Source of the DNA: a virus
Lineage: Duplodnaviria; Heunggongvirae; Uroviricota; Caudoviricetes
IMG/VR virus record: IMGVR_UViG_3300028327_000833
Coordinates: 98,516-152,642 of that record
Length of the DNA stretch: 54,127 nucleotides
Reading direction: 5' to 3' (one strand)
Shown here: piece after piece, positions 1-8,538 of the stretch
Position numbering within the stretch: position 1 is the stretch's first letter
How the letters are laid out: each line of letters starts with the position of its first letter
Program-made: the position numbers and the translations under genes
Notes under the pieces: generated by a model
Seen by the model: the letters and a program-made list of their open reading frames with translations, nothing else
Databases searched by the model: none
Told to the model about the DNA's origin: nothing

Positions 1-384
1 GGGATTCTGGCTTCCGTCCCAACGGCTTACCGTCAAACTCTTCCAAAGTTCGAAAAACCGGAACAGCCTGTAGTCGTGAGGTTCGTAAAACACCATAGAC
101 GTTTGTATCGGCGCGGACGCCCTAGTTTGAATCTGGTGAAAGTGTACGCCGCGGACGTTGCCTTCCACCGTGGAGACGTTTGTGTTAGGCACCGACACCT
201 GCTGGCAAAGGGCTGATATAATCCCCACGCCGTTATTGTACGCGGAGTCGTTAAGCGAGTCGAGAGCGTCGCTCAACTCGGACGGCCAGTCGCTGTCCGC
301 GGTGAGGGACACCGCCCAGTTGTGGGTCATCGCATAGTGACGCCCTTGAATCTGACCTTCGGAAAAATTTATGGGAGAGCTCAT
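1..384 (-). CDS. Tail tube protein paralogue 2 (runs off window edge; absent from ORF track)
   Basis: Manual translation from ATG 384 (SD GGAG): MSSPINFSEGQIQGRHYAMTHNWAVSLT...GNVRGVHFHQ...HDYRLFRFFELWK; aligns with the 403-1020 protein (HYALSHNW, GNVRGIPFHQ, YDYRVFRFFESWK). Confidence 0.75.
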   Translation of the reverse strand, partial: MSSPINFSEGQIQGRHYAMTHNWAVSLTADSDWPSELSDALDSLNDSAYNNGVGIISALCQQVSVPNTNVSTVEGNVRGVHFHQIQTRASAPIQTSMVFYEPHDYRLFRFFELWKSLTVSRWDGSQNP

Positions 385-402
385 AATAAACTCCGCAAGC
401 GG

Positions 403-1020
403 TTATAGGTCTGTCCATGTATACGCGCCGCTGGTTCTTGCCTTATCCATACCGCCGGCGCCTGCAAAAATGTCGAAAAATCCGCACTTTAAAGAGATCT
501 GAACCTTCATAATGTCGGGTTCGGACGACAGCTCGCCGCCGAGATTGCATTTGGTGCAGCAAACGTCGTACAAGTTATAAGTCATCACAACGTTTTGCCT
601 GTCGGAATCCGTCAGTATGATATGGACTCCGCCAGGAATCATAGCGTTAAGATTTTGAGAAAAATCGAATCTGTTTACGGCCATGCTCTTCCAGCTCTCG
701 AAAAACCGGAACACGCGGTAGTCATACCATTCGTTCAGCGACAGATTTATTTCCCGCACCGAGGATTCGCGGCCGCCGGGCTGATGAAACGGAATCCCCC
801 TTACATTCCCGCTTATAATGCCCTCGTTCAAGTTAGAGCTCGGCAGGTTGGACACTTGCGTGCATGACGTGTTGATGATGCCCGCTTCGTTTCCGAAGGC
901 GGGAACCAGCCCCATCAGCTGCTCGGGAAATTGGGTTATCCGCAGATCCCAGTTATGAGACAGCGCGTAATGATAAGCGCTCGTCGTCCGTAAATTGCCG
1001 TAATTAGCTGTAACGGGCAT
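403..1020 (-). CDS. Tail tube protein (gp19-like)
   Basis: Directly downstream of sheath; about 205 aa; tube-like pattern (EWYDYRVFRFFESW...MTYNLYDVCCTKCNLGGELSSE...VQISLK); ATG 1020 with SD GGAG preferred over track start. Confidence 0.8.
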   Translation of the reverse strand: MPVTANYGNLRTTSAYHYALSHNWDLRITQFPEQLMGLVPAFGNEAGIINTSCTQVSNLPSSNLNEGIISGNVRGIPFHQPGGRESSVREINLSLNEWYDYRVFRFFESWKSMAVNRFDFSQNLNAMIPGGVHIILTDSDRQNVVMTYNLYDVCCTKCNLGGELSSEPDIMKVQISLKCGFFDIFAGAGGMDKARTSGAYTWTDL

Positions 1021-1030
1021 AGTCGTCTCC

Positions 1031-2998
1031 TTAGAACGGATTCTCGGCCAAAGACACCGACAACGGCTGGTCGCTTCTGTACGCCGTAACGTCGACAACG
1101 ATCGTCCTTGCGGATTCTTTAAACGTGCAATCCCAATTTATGTAAATCTGATCCGTCCCGTACCGATTGTTGTCGGCGTTGATATTGTACTCGTTGATGA
1201 ACCCCTGCGAACGCCAGCCGTCGGCTTGATTCCGCAGAAGCCCGAGCATCGCGCTCACGGTGTTCTCGTCGTTGTCCTCGAAAATGAAATCGCGCAACCG
1301 CGATTCGATTCCGCGTCTGATGCGCTGCCACGCCCACATGACGTGCAGATTCGACAAGGAACTGTCGATAGCCTGCGCGGTTAATTCGTCCCACAGCGTG
1401 TACCCGGAATCGTCCTGTTTAATAGGATTCCACTTATACTCGACAAGTTTCAAGCGGTCTTCGTTGTCGAAAATCCGCGACAGCCGCTTTACGCCGCGTA
1501 ATACGCCGCGCTTATATCCTGAAGGCGCTTTTGCGGCGTTGCCGTTGACGTCGTTCTGCGCCAGAATCTTCGCGACCCACCCGACAGGGGACGTAAAGAC
1601 GTTCATCGAGGTGTCGCTGTCCCATCCCTCGATCCACTGAGGCCACTTGCAGACGTACGGGGTGTTCATATCGTCGGTATCGAGGTCATCCCAGAAAGAC
1701 GCCGGGACGCCGCTGAACGCGTCGGCGGTTACAGGCCACGGGACTTTACGGCTGTCCTCGACAACCGACGTAAGGCCTTGCGCTCTGTCGTACTTGCCGT
1801 CGCGCGCGTGCCCGAAACGTTTGGCGAAAACGCTGTTCCGAATCTCCGAACCTGCGTTGACGGCGAACCAAGGGTCGCTGCCCTGATCCCAATTACGGAA
1901 TATGAGATTCAGCCCTTCCATGAAGAGGTTGCTTCTGCCGTCGGGATTGACGACCTGTTGATCCTTCGTTTTGGTCGAATCGTTTTCGTCGGGCACCTGA
2001 ATTGTCATTTTAAACGTATCCGCGGCAATCGACCCTGACGTTCCCCCGCGCAACTGCATCGGGAACGCGTAGCGCTCTTTCCCGTCGATCTCTTCGGAAA
2101 ACTTGTCCGGCAGGACATAGAGCTGCAACAGCTCCGGATCGATTTTGGGGTTAGGATTAACCGTCACCTCGACATAGTTAGAAGTCGCCAATACGCTCTT
2201 TATGTAGATCGGCGTCCCGGATTTATTGCGGTCTCTCGGGTTGAACGACACGGCGTCGTACTGCTCGACGATCGTGGATGTTTTGAGGTCTTTGCCGATT
2301 CTAACGTCGATTGAAAAAATACGCCCTCCGTCGCCCTGTTGAAAACGATCTCTAGGCAAAGCGGTAATACTCTTGTAACCTGGTTTCGGGGGATTTAACT
2401 CGTACGCCCAATCGCGCTGGTTGAATACGACCCACACGTTTCCTCCCCACGGGCCTTCGCCTTTGGCGTAAATACGGCAAAACTCGGTTATATCCTGCGA
2501 CTCAGGATCAACATCGGATACGTACACGACGTCCTTATTCGGTTCCCAGACGTCAACCGCGCTAAACTCAATCCCGACGCCTTTTTCGGCGACGTAAGGA
2601 TTGTTGACTACGCAACATACTTCAGAGGCGTCTCCGATTTTTCCTTTATCCAACGCCAAGGAAACATACGCGCACTTATTCTCGCTGTTCAGCCTCCACT
2701 CTTTGCCTTCGCCCGTCCCTGATCCGACCCTGACGACATACGCCGGCCGTCCCCCCTCAAGGTACTTGTCGAGGTCGTACATGGACTTGCTGAAAGTGCG
2801 CCAATTCTTCTTGCCGAAGTACCGCGCCACGTCGCCCTGCGACCGCACGTAATAGATTTGGTGCATAAATCCGCGCTCGGACTCGACAGCGAACGCGGCG
2901 GACATCACGATAGGCGAGGGTTCTGACGGACGCTGGGATTTGTCTATAAATCTTACAAACACTCCCGCGTTGTCGTTGACTTGTATTTTTTGAGGCAT
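1031..2998 (-). CDS. Tail sheath protein (gp18-like)
   Basis: 655 aa; N-terminal GVFVRFIDKS, C-terminal sheath motifs APSGYKRG, NPIKQ, SSLSNLHV, FIFEDND; precedes tube genes. Confidence 0.9.
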   Translation of the reverse strand: MPQKIQVNDNAGVFVRFIDKSQRPSEPSPIVMSAAFAVESERGFMHQIYYVRSQGDVARYFGKKNWRTFSKSMYDLDKYLEGGRPAYVVRVGSGTGEGKEWRLNSENKCAYVSLALDKGKIGDASEVCCVVNNPYVAEKGVGIEFSAVDVWEPNKDVVYVSDVDPESQDITEFCRIYAKGEGPWGGNVWVVFNQRDWAYELNPPKPGYKSITALPRDRFQQGDGGRIFSIDVRIGKDLKTSTIVEQYDAVSFNPRDRNKSGTPIYIKSVLATSNYVEVTVNPNPKIDPELLQLYVLPDKFSEEIDGKERYAFPMQLRGGTSGSIAADTFKMTIQVPDENDSTKTKDQQVVNPDGRSNLFMEGLNLIFRNWDQGSDPWFAVNAGSEIRNSVFAKRFGHARDGKYDRAQGLTSVVEDSRKVPWPVTADAFSGVPASFWDDLDTDDMNTPYVCKWPQWIEGWDSDTSMNVFTSPVGWVAKILAQNDVNGNAAKAPSGYKRGVLRGVKRLSRIFDNEDRLKLVEYKWNPIKQDDSGYTLWDELTAQAIDSSLSNLHVMWAWQRIRRGIESRLRDFIFEDNDENTVSAMLGLLRNQADGWRSQGFINEYNINADNNRYGTDQIYINWDCTFKESARTIVVDVTAYRSDQPLSVSLAENPF

Positions 2999-3050
2999 GG
3001 CTGACGCTCCTTCTTATGTTATTTAAACGCTTCGCGTAATTTCGATAAAC

Positions 3051-3082
3051 TAAAGATAGCGAAAACCGCGGAAATTAACAAA
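3051..3082 (-). promoter_or_regulatory. Late-gene promoter motif TTTG-N20-TATCTTTA
   Basis: Same motif and spacing upstream of several virion genes (see findings). Confidence 0.7.
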
Positions 3083-3137
3083 CGCCGCGTATGCGGAGGT
3101 TTTCGCGCGAAACCGCGCGAGCCTCGGACGGCGCCCG

Positions 3138-3761
3138 TCAGCCGTCCGCATTCAGACCGTCGTGCGTGTTGCCGTAAACGGACGGGTTCGTAAACCGCAG
3201 AATGGTCAGCATCGTAGCTATGTTTTTGTCGATTGTATTCACCTTCTCCTGTAAATTTTCAAATTTTTGCTTCCCTATAGTGTCTTTTTCGATGTTGCCC
3301 ACGCGCACGTTCAACTCCGACAGCGTCTTTTCCAGCGCCCTCGTGTAATCCTTATGCTCGGTGAGGTGGTTTTCGTGCGCCTTGAACAGGGTGTCGGTGG
3401 TCTTTTTCATGTCTTCGATGTGGACGTCCTGCTTGTCCGCGATTTTTCGGTACTCCGTCCGCATGTCAGCCAGTTGCGCGTCTCTGTCTTTTTTACGCAG
3501 TTCCGTATCTTTCTTCTCGATTTCGGCCTGTTTCGCGATCAACTCCCTGCTTTTTTCGTGAAGTTTGGTCATTCTCACGTAAATCAGAAAACCTATGACG
3601 AGGACGACCAACGCCACAATGCTCAGCGGCGTCCACGGCGTTCGGGCGATCATATCGAACGCGCCGCGAGCGGCGTCGGGCACTTTAGGCGGAACATCTT
3701 GGGCGAAAACTTGAAAAACGGACAGCGTTACCACGGCTAAGGGATTTAGCGCGAGTTTCAT
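3138..3761 (-). CDS. Membrane-anchored coiled-coil protein (possible lysis/holin-type)
   Basis: ATG 3761 with SD GGAG; N-terminal signal-like segment, second hydrophobic helix LSIVALVVLVIGFLIYV, long coiled coil; own late-type promoter. Function not established. Confidence 0.45.
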   Translation of the reverse strand: MKLALNPLAVVTLSVFQVFAQDVPPKVPDAARGAFDMIARTPWTPLSIVALVVLVIGFLIYVRMTKLHEKSRELIAKQAEIEKKDTELRKKDRDAQLADMRTEYRKIADKQDVHIEDMKKTTDTLFKAHENHLTEHKDYTRALEKTLSELNVRVGNIEKDTIGKQKFENLQEKVNTIDKNIATMLTILRFTNPSVYGNTHDGLNADG

Positions 3762-3802
3762 ATCGTATCTCTCCGTAGCGATAAGGTGTACTCCCCCATC
3801 GA

Positions 3803-3834
3803 TAAAGATAACGAAAACTGCGGAATTTAACAAA
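3803..3834 (-). promoter_or_regulatory. Late-gene promoter motif TTTG-N20-TATCTTTA
   Basis: Exact repeat of motif architecture at 3051-3082. Confidence 0.7.
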
Positions 3835-3926
3835 CCGGAAAACTTACGGAATTTAAAGCGGACAAAAAAAACGCCCTTGTTTTTGAGCGTTGTCGAGAGG
3901 CTTGGGAGTTGTCGCTTCTTTAACCG

Positions 3927-4658
3927 CTATACCGCGCGGGATTCGGCGATTTTAAAATACTTTTCTTCTTTTTCTATGCCGATAAAATTACGCCCGGCGT
4001 TCATAGCCGCCGCGCACGCCGTTCCGCAGCCCATGCAGCAGTCCAATACGGTTTCGTTTTCATTGGTGTAAGTTCTTATCAGCCACTCGCACATCTCCAC
4101 GCTTTTCTCCGTAGGGTGCCTCGTCGCCGCGGGATGCGGTTTCGAACGGGATATTATCGACACAGGGTATTTCTGCCGCGCGCCTTTCCTGACGTCGGGC
4201 GCGACCCCGAAGTCTCCGTAATTCTGATTTACCGCCGCTTTGTTTTTGTAAGCCGTGCCGCGGCCGTGCAGCGGCTTCCCGAGCGTAAATTGCGGATTGT
4301 ACGTCGGGGCGTTCCTATAGAATACCGCGATTTGCTCGTGCACGCGCAACGGCATCCGTTTGGCGTTCAGAAAGCCCGACGACAAAACCTTGTCCCAAAT
4401 CAGGTCGTACCGGAAATTCTGACGGTTGCTGTTCACCAAATCCACGTAAAACAGCCCCTGCGCGAATAGAGCGGCCGCTCCGTTCGGTTTCAGTATCCGA
4501 TTGAACCGCGCCCATAAGCCGGGCAGCGGAATCGGGATGTCTTCTTTGTTGGCGGTCACGCCGTAAGGCGGATCGGTCAGAATGAAATCGACGGTTACGC
4601 CTTCTTCGATCAGCGAGTCCATGGCTTCGAAGCAGTCGCCGAGAATGAGTCTGTTCAT
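3927..4658 (-). CDS. DNA amino-methyltransferase (beta class)
   Basis: Motif IV DPPY precedes HPTEKSV and motif I LDCCMGCGT...FIGIE. Confidence 0.9.
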   Translation of the reverse strand: MNRLILGDCFEAMDSLIEEGVTVDFILTDPPYGVTANKEDIPIPLPGLWARFNRILKPNGAAALFAQGLFYVDLVNSNRQNFRYDLIWDKVLSSGFLNAKRMPLRVHEQIAVFYRNAPTYNPQFTLGKPLHGRGTAYKNKAAVNQNYGDFGVAPDVRKGARQKYPVSIISRSKPHPAATRHPTEKSVEMCEWLIRTYTNENETVLDCCMGCGTACAAAMNAGRNFIGIEKEEKYFKIAESRAV

Positions 4659-4699
4659 AATAGGTTTCCGGGTTCGACGGAGACGGCGGGGCCGCCCTA

Positions 4700-4778
4700 T
4701 ACTACAGTACGCTTTCGCGCAGCTATGTTTTTTTTTTACGTTTCAATAAATTTCAAATCCCGCAAACGTACTGTAGTA
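4700..4778. promoter_or_regulatory. Divergent pair of CGTACTGTAGTA motifs (early/middle promoter candidate)
   Basis: Minus copy 4700-4711 faces the methylase, plus copy 4767-4778 abuts the SD of 4792; further copies 7401-7412 and 11828-11839. Confidence 0.6.
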
Positions 4779-4791
4779 GGAGGCTGCGGCG

Positions 4792-5679
4792 ATGGCGAAC
4801 AGATATTGCGAAAGCCCGATCGGAAAAAAATTCGGCAGACTTACGGTCGCCGAACGGTACGGCGCGCGGAAAGACGGACTCGGCATCTATTACATCTGCG
4901 TATGCGACTGCGGCAAGACGAAAATCGCGCTCGGCACGAAACTGCGGACGGGCGCGATCCGTTCATGCGGATGCGCCAAAGGAAGACCGGCGGTGCATAA
5001 AGAGGGATCCGTATATAACGGCAAGCGCCTGATCGGGTGCGAAAACGGCGTGTACACGATGCGGTGCGAACTTTGCGGGAAAACGTCGCGGATTAGAAAT
5101 TCGCCAAAAAACGCGCCCGCGTGCGTTTGCAGAAAAGCGCTGAAAACTTACAACGCGCTGTCCGACGACGACGCCGCGCGGATCGAAAACTTGCTGCTGC
5201 AGGGCGGCAATATGTCTGAAGTCGCGAATATGACGGGCGCGAGTTACCACACGATCCGCCGTTACATAAAAGAGCGCGGTTTGCCGTACAGCCCCAAACA
5301 CAGAATGCCGCCGGCCGTGACGGCGGAAGAGTTGGCGCGGCAAGGTTTGAGACTGTCCGACATCGCCGCGCGGTACGGCGTCAGCATCGGCGCGGTGTCA
5401 AGATTTTTGAAAAGGCACGGAATAAAATACCGCCCTTCGGACTGCCGCCCGGGAAGGCCGAAAAAATATCCGGACGTCGTTATAGGGCGCAAATTCGGCA
5501 TGTTGAGAGTATTGGGTTTGGAGCGGATCGGGACGGGCGGTTCAAGGACGGCCGTCTTAAGATGCGAATGCGACTGCGGCAATCTGACTTCCGTTAAAGC
5601 CTATGCGTTGCTTTACGGAGGCAAGACGCATTGCGGATGCCGCCGCAAAAACAAAAAGAAAGAGAGGGCGCATGACTAA
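4792..5679 (+). CDS. DNA-binding protein with two CxCDCG...CGC zinc modules and HTH motifs (homing-endonuclease-associated type)
   Basis: GKKFGRLTV...CVCDCG...SCGC and GRKFGMLRV...CECDCG...HCGC flank two HTH-like segments (MSEVANMTGASYHTIRRY; LSDIAARYGVSIGAVSRFL). Confidence 0.65.
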   Translation: MANRYCESPIGKKFGRLTVAERYGARKDGLGIYYICVCDCGKTKIALGTKLRTGAIRSCGCAKGRPAVHKEGSVYNGKRLIGCENGVYTMRCELCGKTSRIRNSPKNAPACVCRKALKTYNALSDDDAARIENLLLQGGNMSEVANMTGASYHTIRRYIKERGLPYSPKHRMPPAVTAEELARQGLRLSDIAARYGVSIGAVSRFLKRHGIKYRPSDCRPGRPKKYPDVVIGRKFGMLRVLGLERIGTGGSRTAVLRCECDCGNLTSVKAYALLYGGKTHCGCRRKNKKKERAHD

Positions 5680-6034
5680 GAAAAAAGCCGCGGAGCCGGC
5701 TTCGCCGCCGAGCGCGAAGACCGAAACCGCCGAACCGCAGGTTCGCGTAAATCGGAAAAACCTTGCAAGGATTAACTGGCTGGTCGAACAGTCTCGTAAA
5801 ACCGACATGCTTCTCCACGAAAGACTTAACCTCGAATCTTTCGGAGGCGGGGAACGGGAAGAGGCGTACGAAGTTTGTGCGCGTATCCTAACCGGCAATC
5901 TTTACAACCCTTGTTCGATACAGCTTCCGAAGCAAGTTTTAGAAAGCGCGCTCTCGGAATACCTGATAAGCGTCGAGCGCGAACTTTGCGAATTAGGCGT
6001 AAAGCCGGCGACCGGGATCAATTCAGGGTCTTAA
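5672..6034 (+). CDS. Hypothetical protein
   Basis: ATG 5672 overlaps previous gene end; co-oriented. Confidence 0.6.
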   Translation: MTKKKAAEPASPPSAKTETAEPQVRVNRKNLARINWLVEQSRKTDMLLHERLNLESFGGGEREEAYEVCARILTGNLYNPCSIQLPKQVLESALSEYLISVERELCELGVKPATGINSGS

Positions 6035-6154
6035 ATTCTATTCAAATGCATCCGCAAGCCGAAGTAACGGCTTGTAAAGCGGGAATTAAACGTCAAATCG
6101 AACGGCCTGATCAGAATTGATAAGGATTTAGTAGGTTTGAGCAAGTTTTAAGGA

Positions 6155-6523
6155 ATGGCAGTGGAACATATAGAAAAATACGTCGAAATGATTGACGATT
6201 GCGAGCATGAAAAGGAATTCCATCAAATAATCGTCATGGCTATTCAGGATCGATGGCGGGCGGACTTTCCCAGCTACGTCGTCCGCAGCGCCGCCAAAGA
6301 CCGCAAAGCGTACGAAACCGCGCTAATCGGGCCTGGTAAGTTCATATCTCACATCCTGAACGCCGTGGACAGGACTGACTTCACAAGAGGCGGTTATTAC
6401 ATAGAAAACTATCACAAACTCACCAAAGGCGTAGATACCGCCGAAGAGTGCAAACGGCTGATCCACGACATCCTGGCTTGTCCGGATTTGCGGATATGGC
6501 TAATCGAGACGATCGGAGGATAG
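6155..6523 (+). CDS. Hypothetical protein
   Basis: ORF track, ATG with AAGG upstream. Confidence 0.65.
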   Translation: MAVEHIEKYVEMIDDCEHEKEFHQIIVMAIQDRWRADFPSYVVRSAAKDRKAYETALIGPGKFISHILNAVDRTDFTRGGYYIENYHKLTKGVDTAEECKRLIHDILACPDLRIWLIETIGG

Positions 6524-6652
6524 GCAATTATGGACGGAGATACGCCGTGTTGCGAGTGTGTTACGCGGACAGAGTACCGTTGCAGATTCAACTGGTACAG
6601 CTATTGTTTCTGAGCCCTTGTTGCGGTTGAAAAATAAAATATATCTAATTAA

Positions 6653-7135
6653 TTGGAGGGTGTGATGGACGAGCATTTGCGTAAACTAATTGATGAAGAA
6701 AACGCCAAAATGGAATCCGAAGCCTGCGGTCACACAAAAAGATATTCGTTGAAATTTCAATATGACGGATATAACTGCGTAGTGACCAGAACCGTCTACA
6801 CTGACGAAAAAGCGCCTAGACACTTCTTCCTCTGCGGCTATATCCATATCCCGAAGTGGCATAGACTGCACGGCGTAGATATTTACGGAGAGGATACGGC
6901 GGCTGATGTTGATTTGGTGCGCGACCTTGAAGTGCACGGCGGGGTGACTTATACCGGGAGACGTTTTGACGACGGGGAGTGGTACATCGGATTCGACTGC
7001 GCTCATGTCGGAGACCTCTTTATCGACGAAGAGATATTTATGCGGAGTCCTGACAGCCGTTACCGTGATTTAGAATATGTGCAGGAAGAGTGCCGGTGTC
7101 TTGTAAAGCAGTTAAAGGAGCTTGGAGATGCCTGA
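6653..7135 (+). CDS. Conserved phage hypothetical protein (CGY...HGGVTY...GFDCAH family)
   Basis: Motifs LCGYIHIP, VHGGVTYTG, WYIGFDCAHVGD recur in a common phage protein family; real start probably 6659/6665. Confidence 0.7.
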   Translation: MEGVMDEHLRKLIDEENAKMESEACGHTKRYSLKFQYDGYNCVVTRTVYTDEKAPRHFFLCGYIHIPKWHRLHGVDIYGEDTAADVDLVRDLEVHGGVTYTGRRFDDGEWYIGFDCAHVGDLFIDEEIFMRSPDSRYRDLEYVQEECRCLVKQLKELGDA

Positions 7136-7397
7136 CAACCGAGAAGAAGAATTGCGCGAACTGTGCCGTAACTATTTCGAGTTTCACGAAGTAATTAACG
7201 AAATGATCGCGGACGGTGTTACGGCACCGTACAGCTCGTTTAATGATCGAGCGACGGCCATACACAGAGCCATTCTTAATCTGTTAGGGATTGAGCGCGA
7301 GGACTGGCGCTCTAACGTCAATTTGAGTAATTTCAATAACGCGACTGATTTTGAAAATGCGGTTGTCAATACATATTTAAAAAATCTTTCACCTTAA
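7128..7397 (+). CDS. Hypothetical protein
   Basis: ATG 7128 with SD GGAG, overlapping previous stop. Confidence 0.6.
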   Translation: MPDNREEELRELCRNYFEFHEVINEMIADGVTAPYSSFNDRATAIHRAILNLLGIEREDWRSNVNLSNFNNATDFENAVVNTYLKNLSP

Positions 7398-7426
7398 AAG
7401 CGTACTGTAGTAGATAGGAGGCGGTT

Positions 7427-7582
7427 ATGGAAAACGAAATCAGAGGCAGGGCGGTGAACGAGTCGCAGATTAAGACGCAGAACGGGGACGTTATCCAAAG
7501 CCCCGTGCGGGTGTCGGCTGACAAAGTCGGCGAAAACGTCGTGATCCGCGACGGGCAGGTTACGCGCAGACTCGATTCTTAG
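7427..7582 (+). CDS. Small hypothetical protein (51 aa, MENEIRGRAVNESQIK...)
   Basis: Not in track; strong SD GGAGG and upstream CGTACTGTAGTA motif. Confidence 0.65.
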   Translation: MENEIRGRAVNESQIKTQNGDVIQSPVRVSADKVGENVVIRDGQVTRRLDS

Positions 7583-7627
7583 TTTGTTCGAAGGGGACGC
7601 CGGGCGTCAGCCCGGCCGAGCAGAGTA

Positions 7628-7656
7628 CGCGCCGCCGGCGGCGGGACGGCGGCGCG
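7628..7656 (+). other. GC-rich hairpin CGCGCCGCCG/CGGCGGCGCG
   Basis: Perfect 10-bp inverted repeat in intergenic DNA; no U-tract so role unclear. Confidence 0.4.
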
Positions 7657-7746
7657 CCGGAAAGAAAATTCTGCTCAGGGCGTAACGGCGCCGCTATCCG
7701 CTTATCCCCCTTCCGCTTTTAAAAACTTAACTGTGAGGAGAATAAA

Positions 7747-8538
7747 ATGCCTGCGCCGATACACGCGTACACCACCAAAGACGCGGCCGAGATCCTTAAA
7801 ATTAAACCCCGCACTGTTGTGGACTACATCAACGCGGGTTTGATTAAGGCCGTACCGTGGGTCGGCAAGTCGTGGCTCATACAGCCCAAAGAGATAGAAC
7901 GTCTTACGAGAACAGGGATCGACACTAACGGTCTGCGCGCCAAGCTGAACGCAAAGCGCGAACGGAAAAATTCGCCCGTCCGCGAAAAACCGCCGCTTTC
8001 CGCCGAGCGCGAATTAACCGATGCCGCGGTAACGGCGGTTCCCGGCGGCGCGGCGGCGGTTTTGGCGGCGAGAGCGGCGGCAAACAAAGCCAAAGCGGAG
8101 CCTATATCCGCCGCGGAATGCGGAGTTAAACCGTGCGTTCGGCTGAGCGTCGACGACACGCGGTTTAAAACCGCAGCTAAACCGCGCAGACCCGCGCCGT
8201 CGAATATCACGGAAAAACCGGCGGCGGGCACTTATCACGGGAAAATGCTGACTCCCGACGAAATCCGATTTATACGATGGTTGCAGTTATACGCTAAAAA
8301 CTATTACAAACTTTTAAACGAAAAGACGATCGACGGAACAAGCGACCAATGGCACGAACGCTGCAAAGGCATACTCGGAGTAGAAAAAATAAAAAACATA
8401 ATAATGTTTTTGAGGGCTAAGAGATTTTTAACTTGCGACGGTTGCAACACGTCTTACGTCGTGCGCAACTTACATGAGTTTTTCACCTGCGCTCCGGTCG
8501 AAGGAAGCGCTTTGCCGAAAGGTTATAAATATGCCTGA
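7747..8538 (+). CDS. Excisionase/MerR-type HTH protein, possible replication initiator or helicase loader
   Basis: N-terminal YTTKDAAEILKIKPRTVVDYINAGLIKA...WLI; Ala-rich linker; overlaps helicase start. Confidence 0.55.
   Translation: MPAPIHAYTTKDAAEILKIKPRTVVDYINAGLIKAVPWVGKSWLIQPKEIERLTRTGIDTNGLRAKLNAKRERKNSPVREKPPLSAERELTDAAVTAVPGGAAAVLAARAAANKAKAEPISAAECGVKPCVRLSVDDTRFKTAAKPRRPAPSNITEKPAAGTYHGKMLTPDEIRFIRWLQLYAKNYYKLLNEKTIDGTSDQWHERCKGILGVEKIKNIIMFLRAKRFLTCDGCNTSYVVRNLHEFFTCAPVEGSALPKGYKYA

Noticed and set aside
6530-6613. 27-aa Cys-rich ORF MDGDTPCCECVTR...
   Set aside because: Too short, no motif; cannot be distinguished from chance
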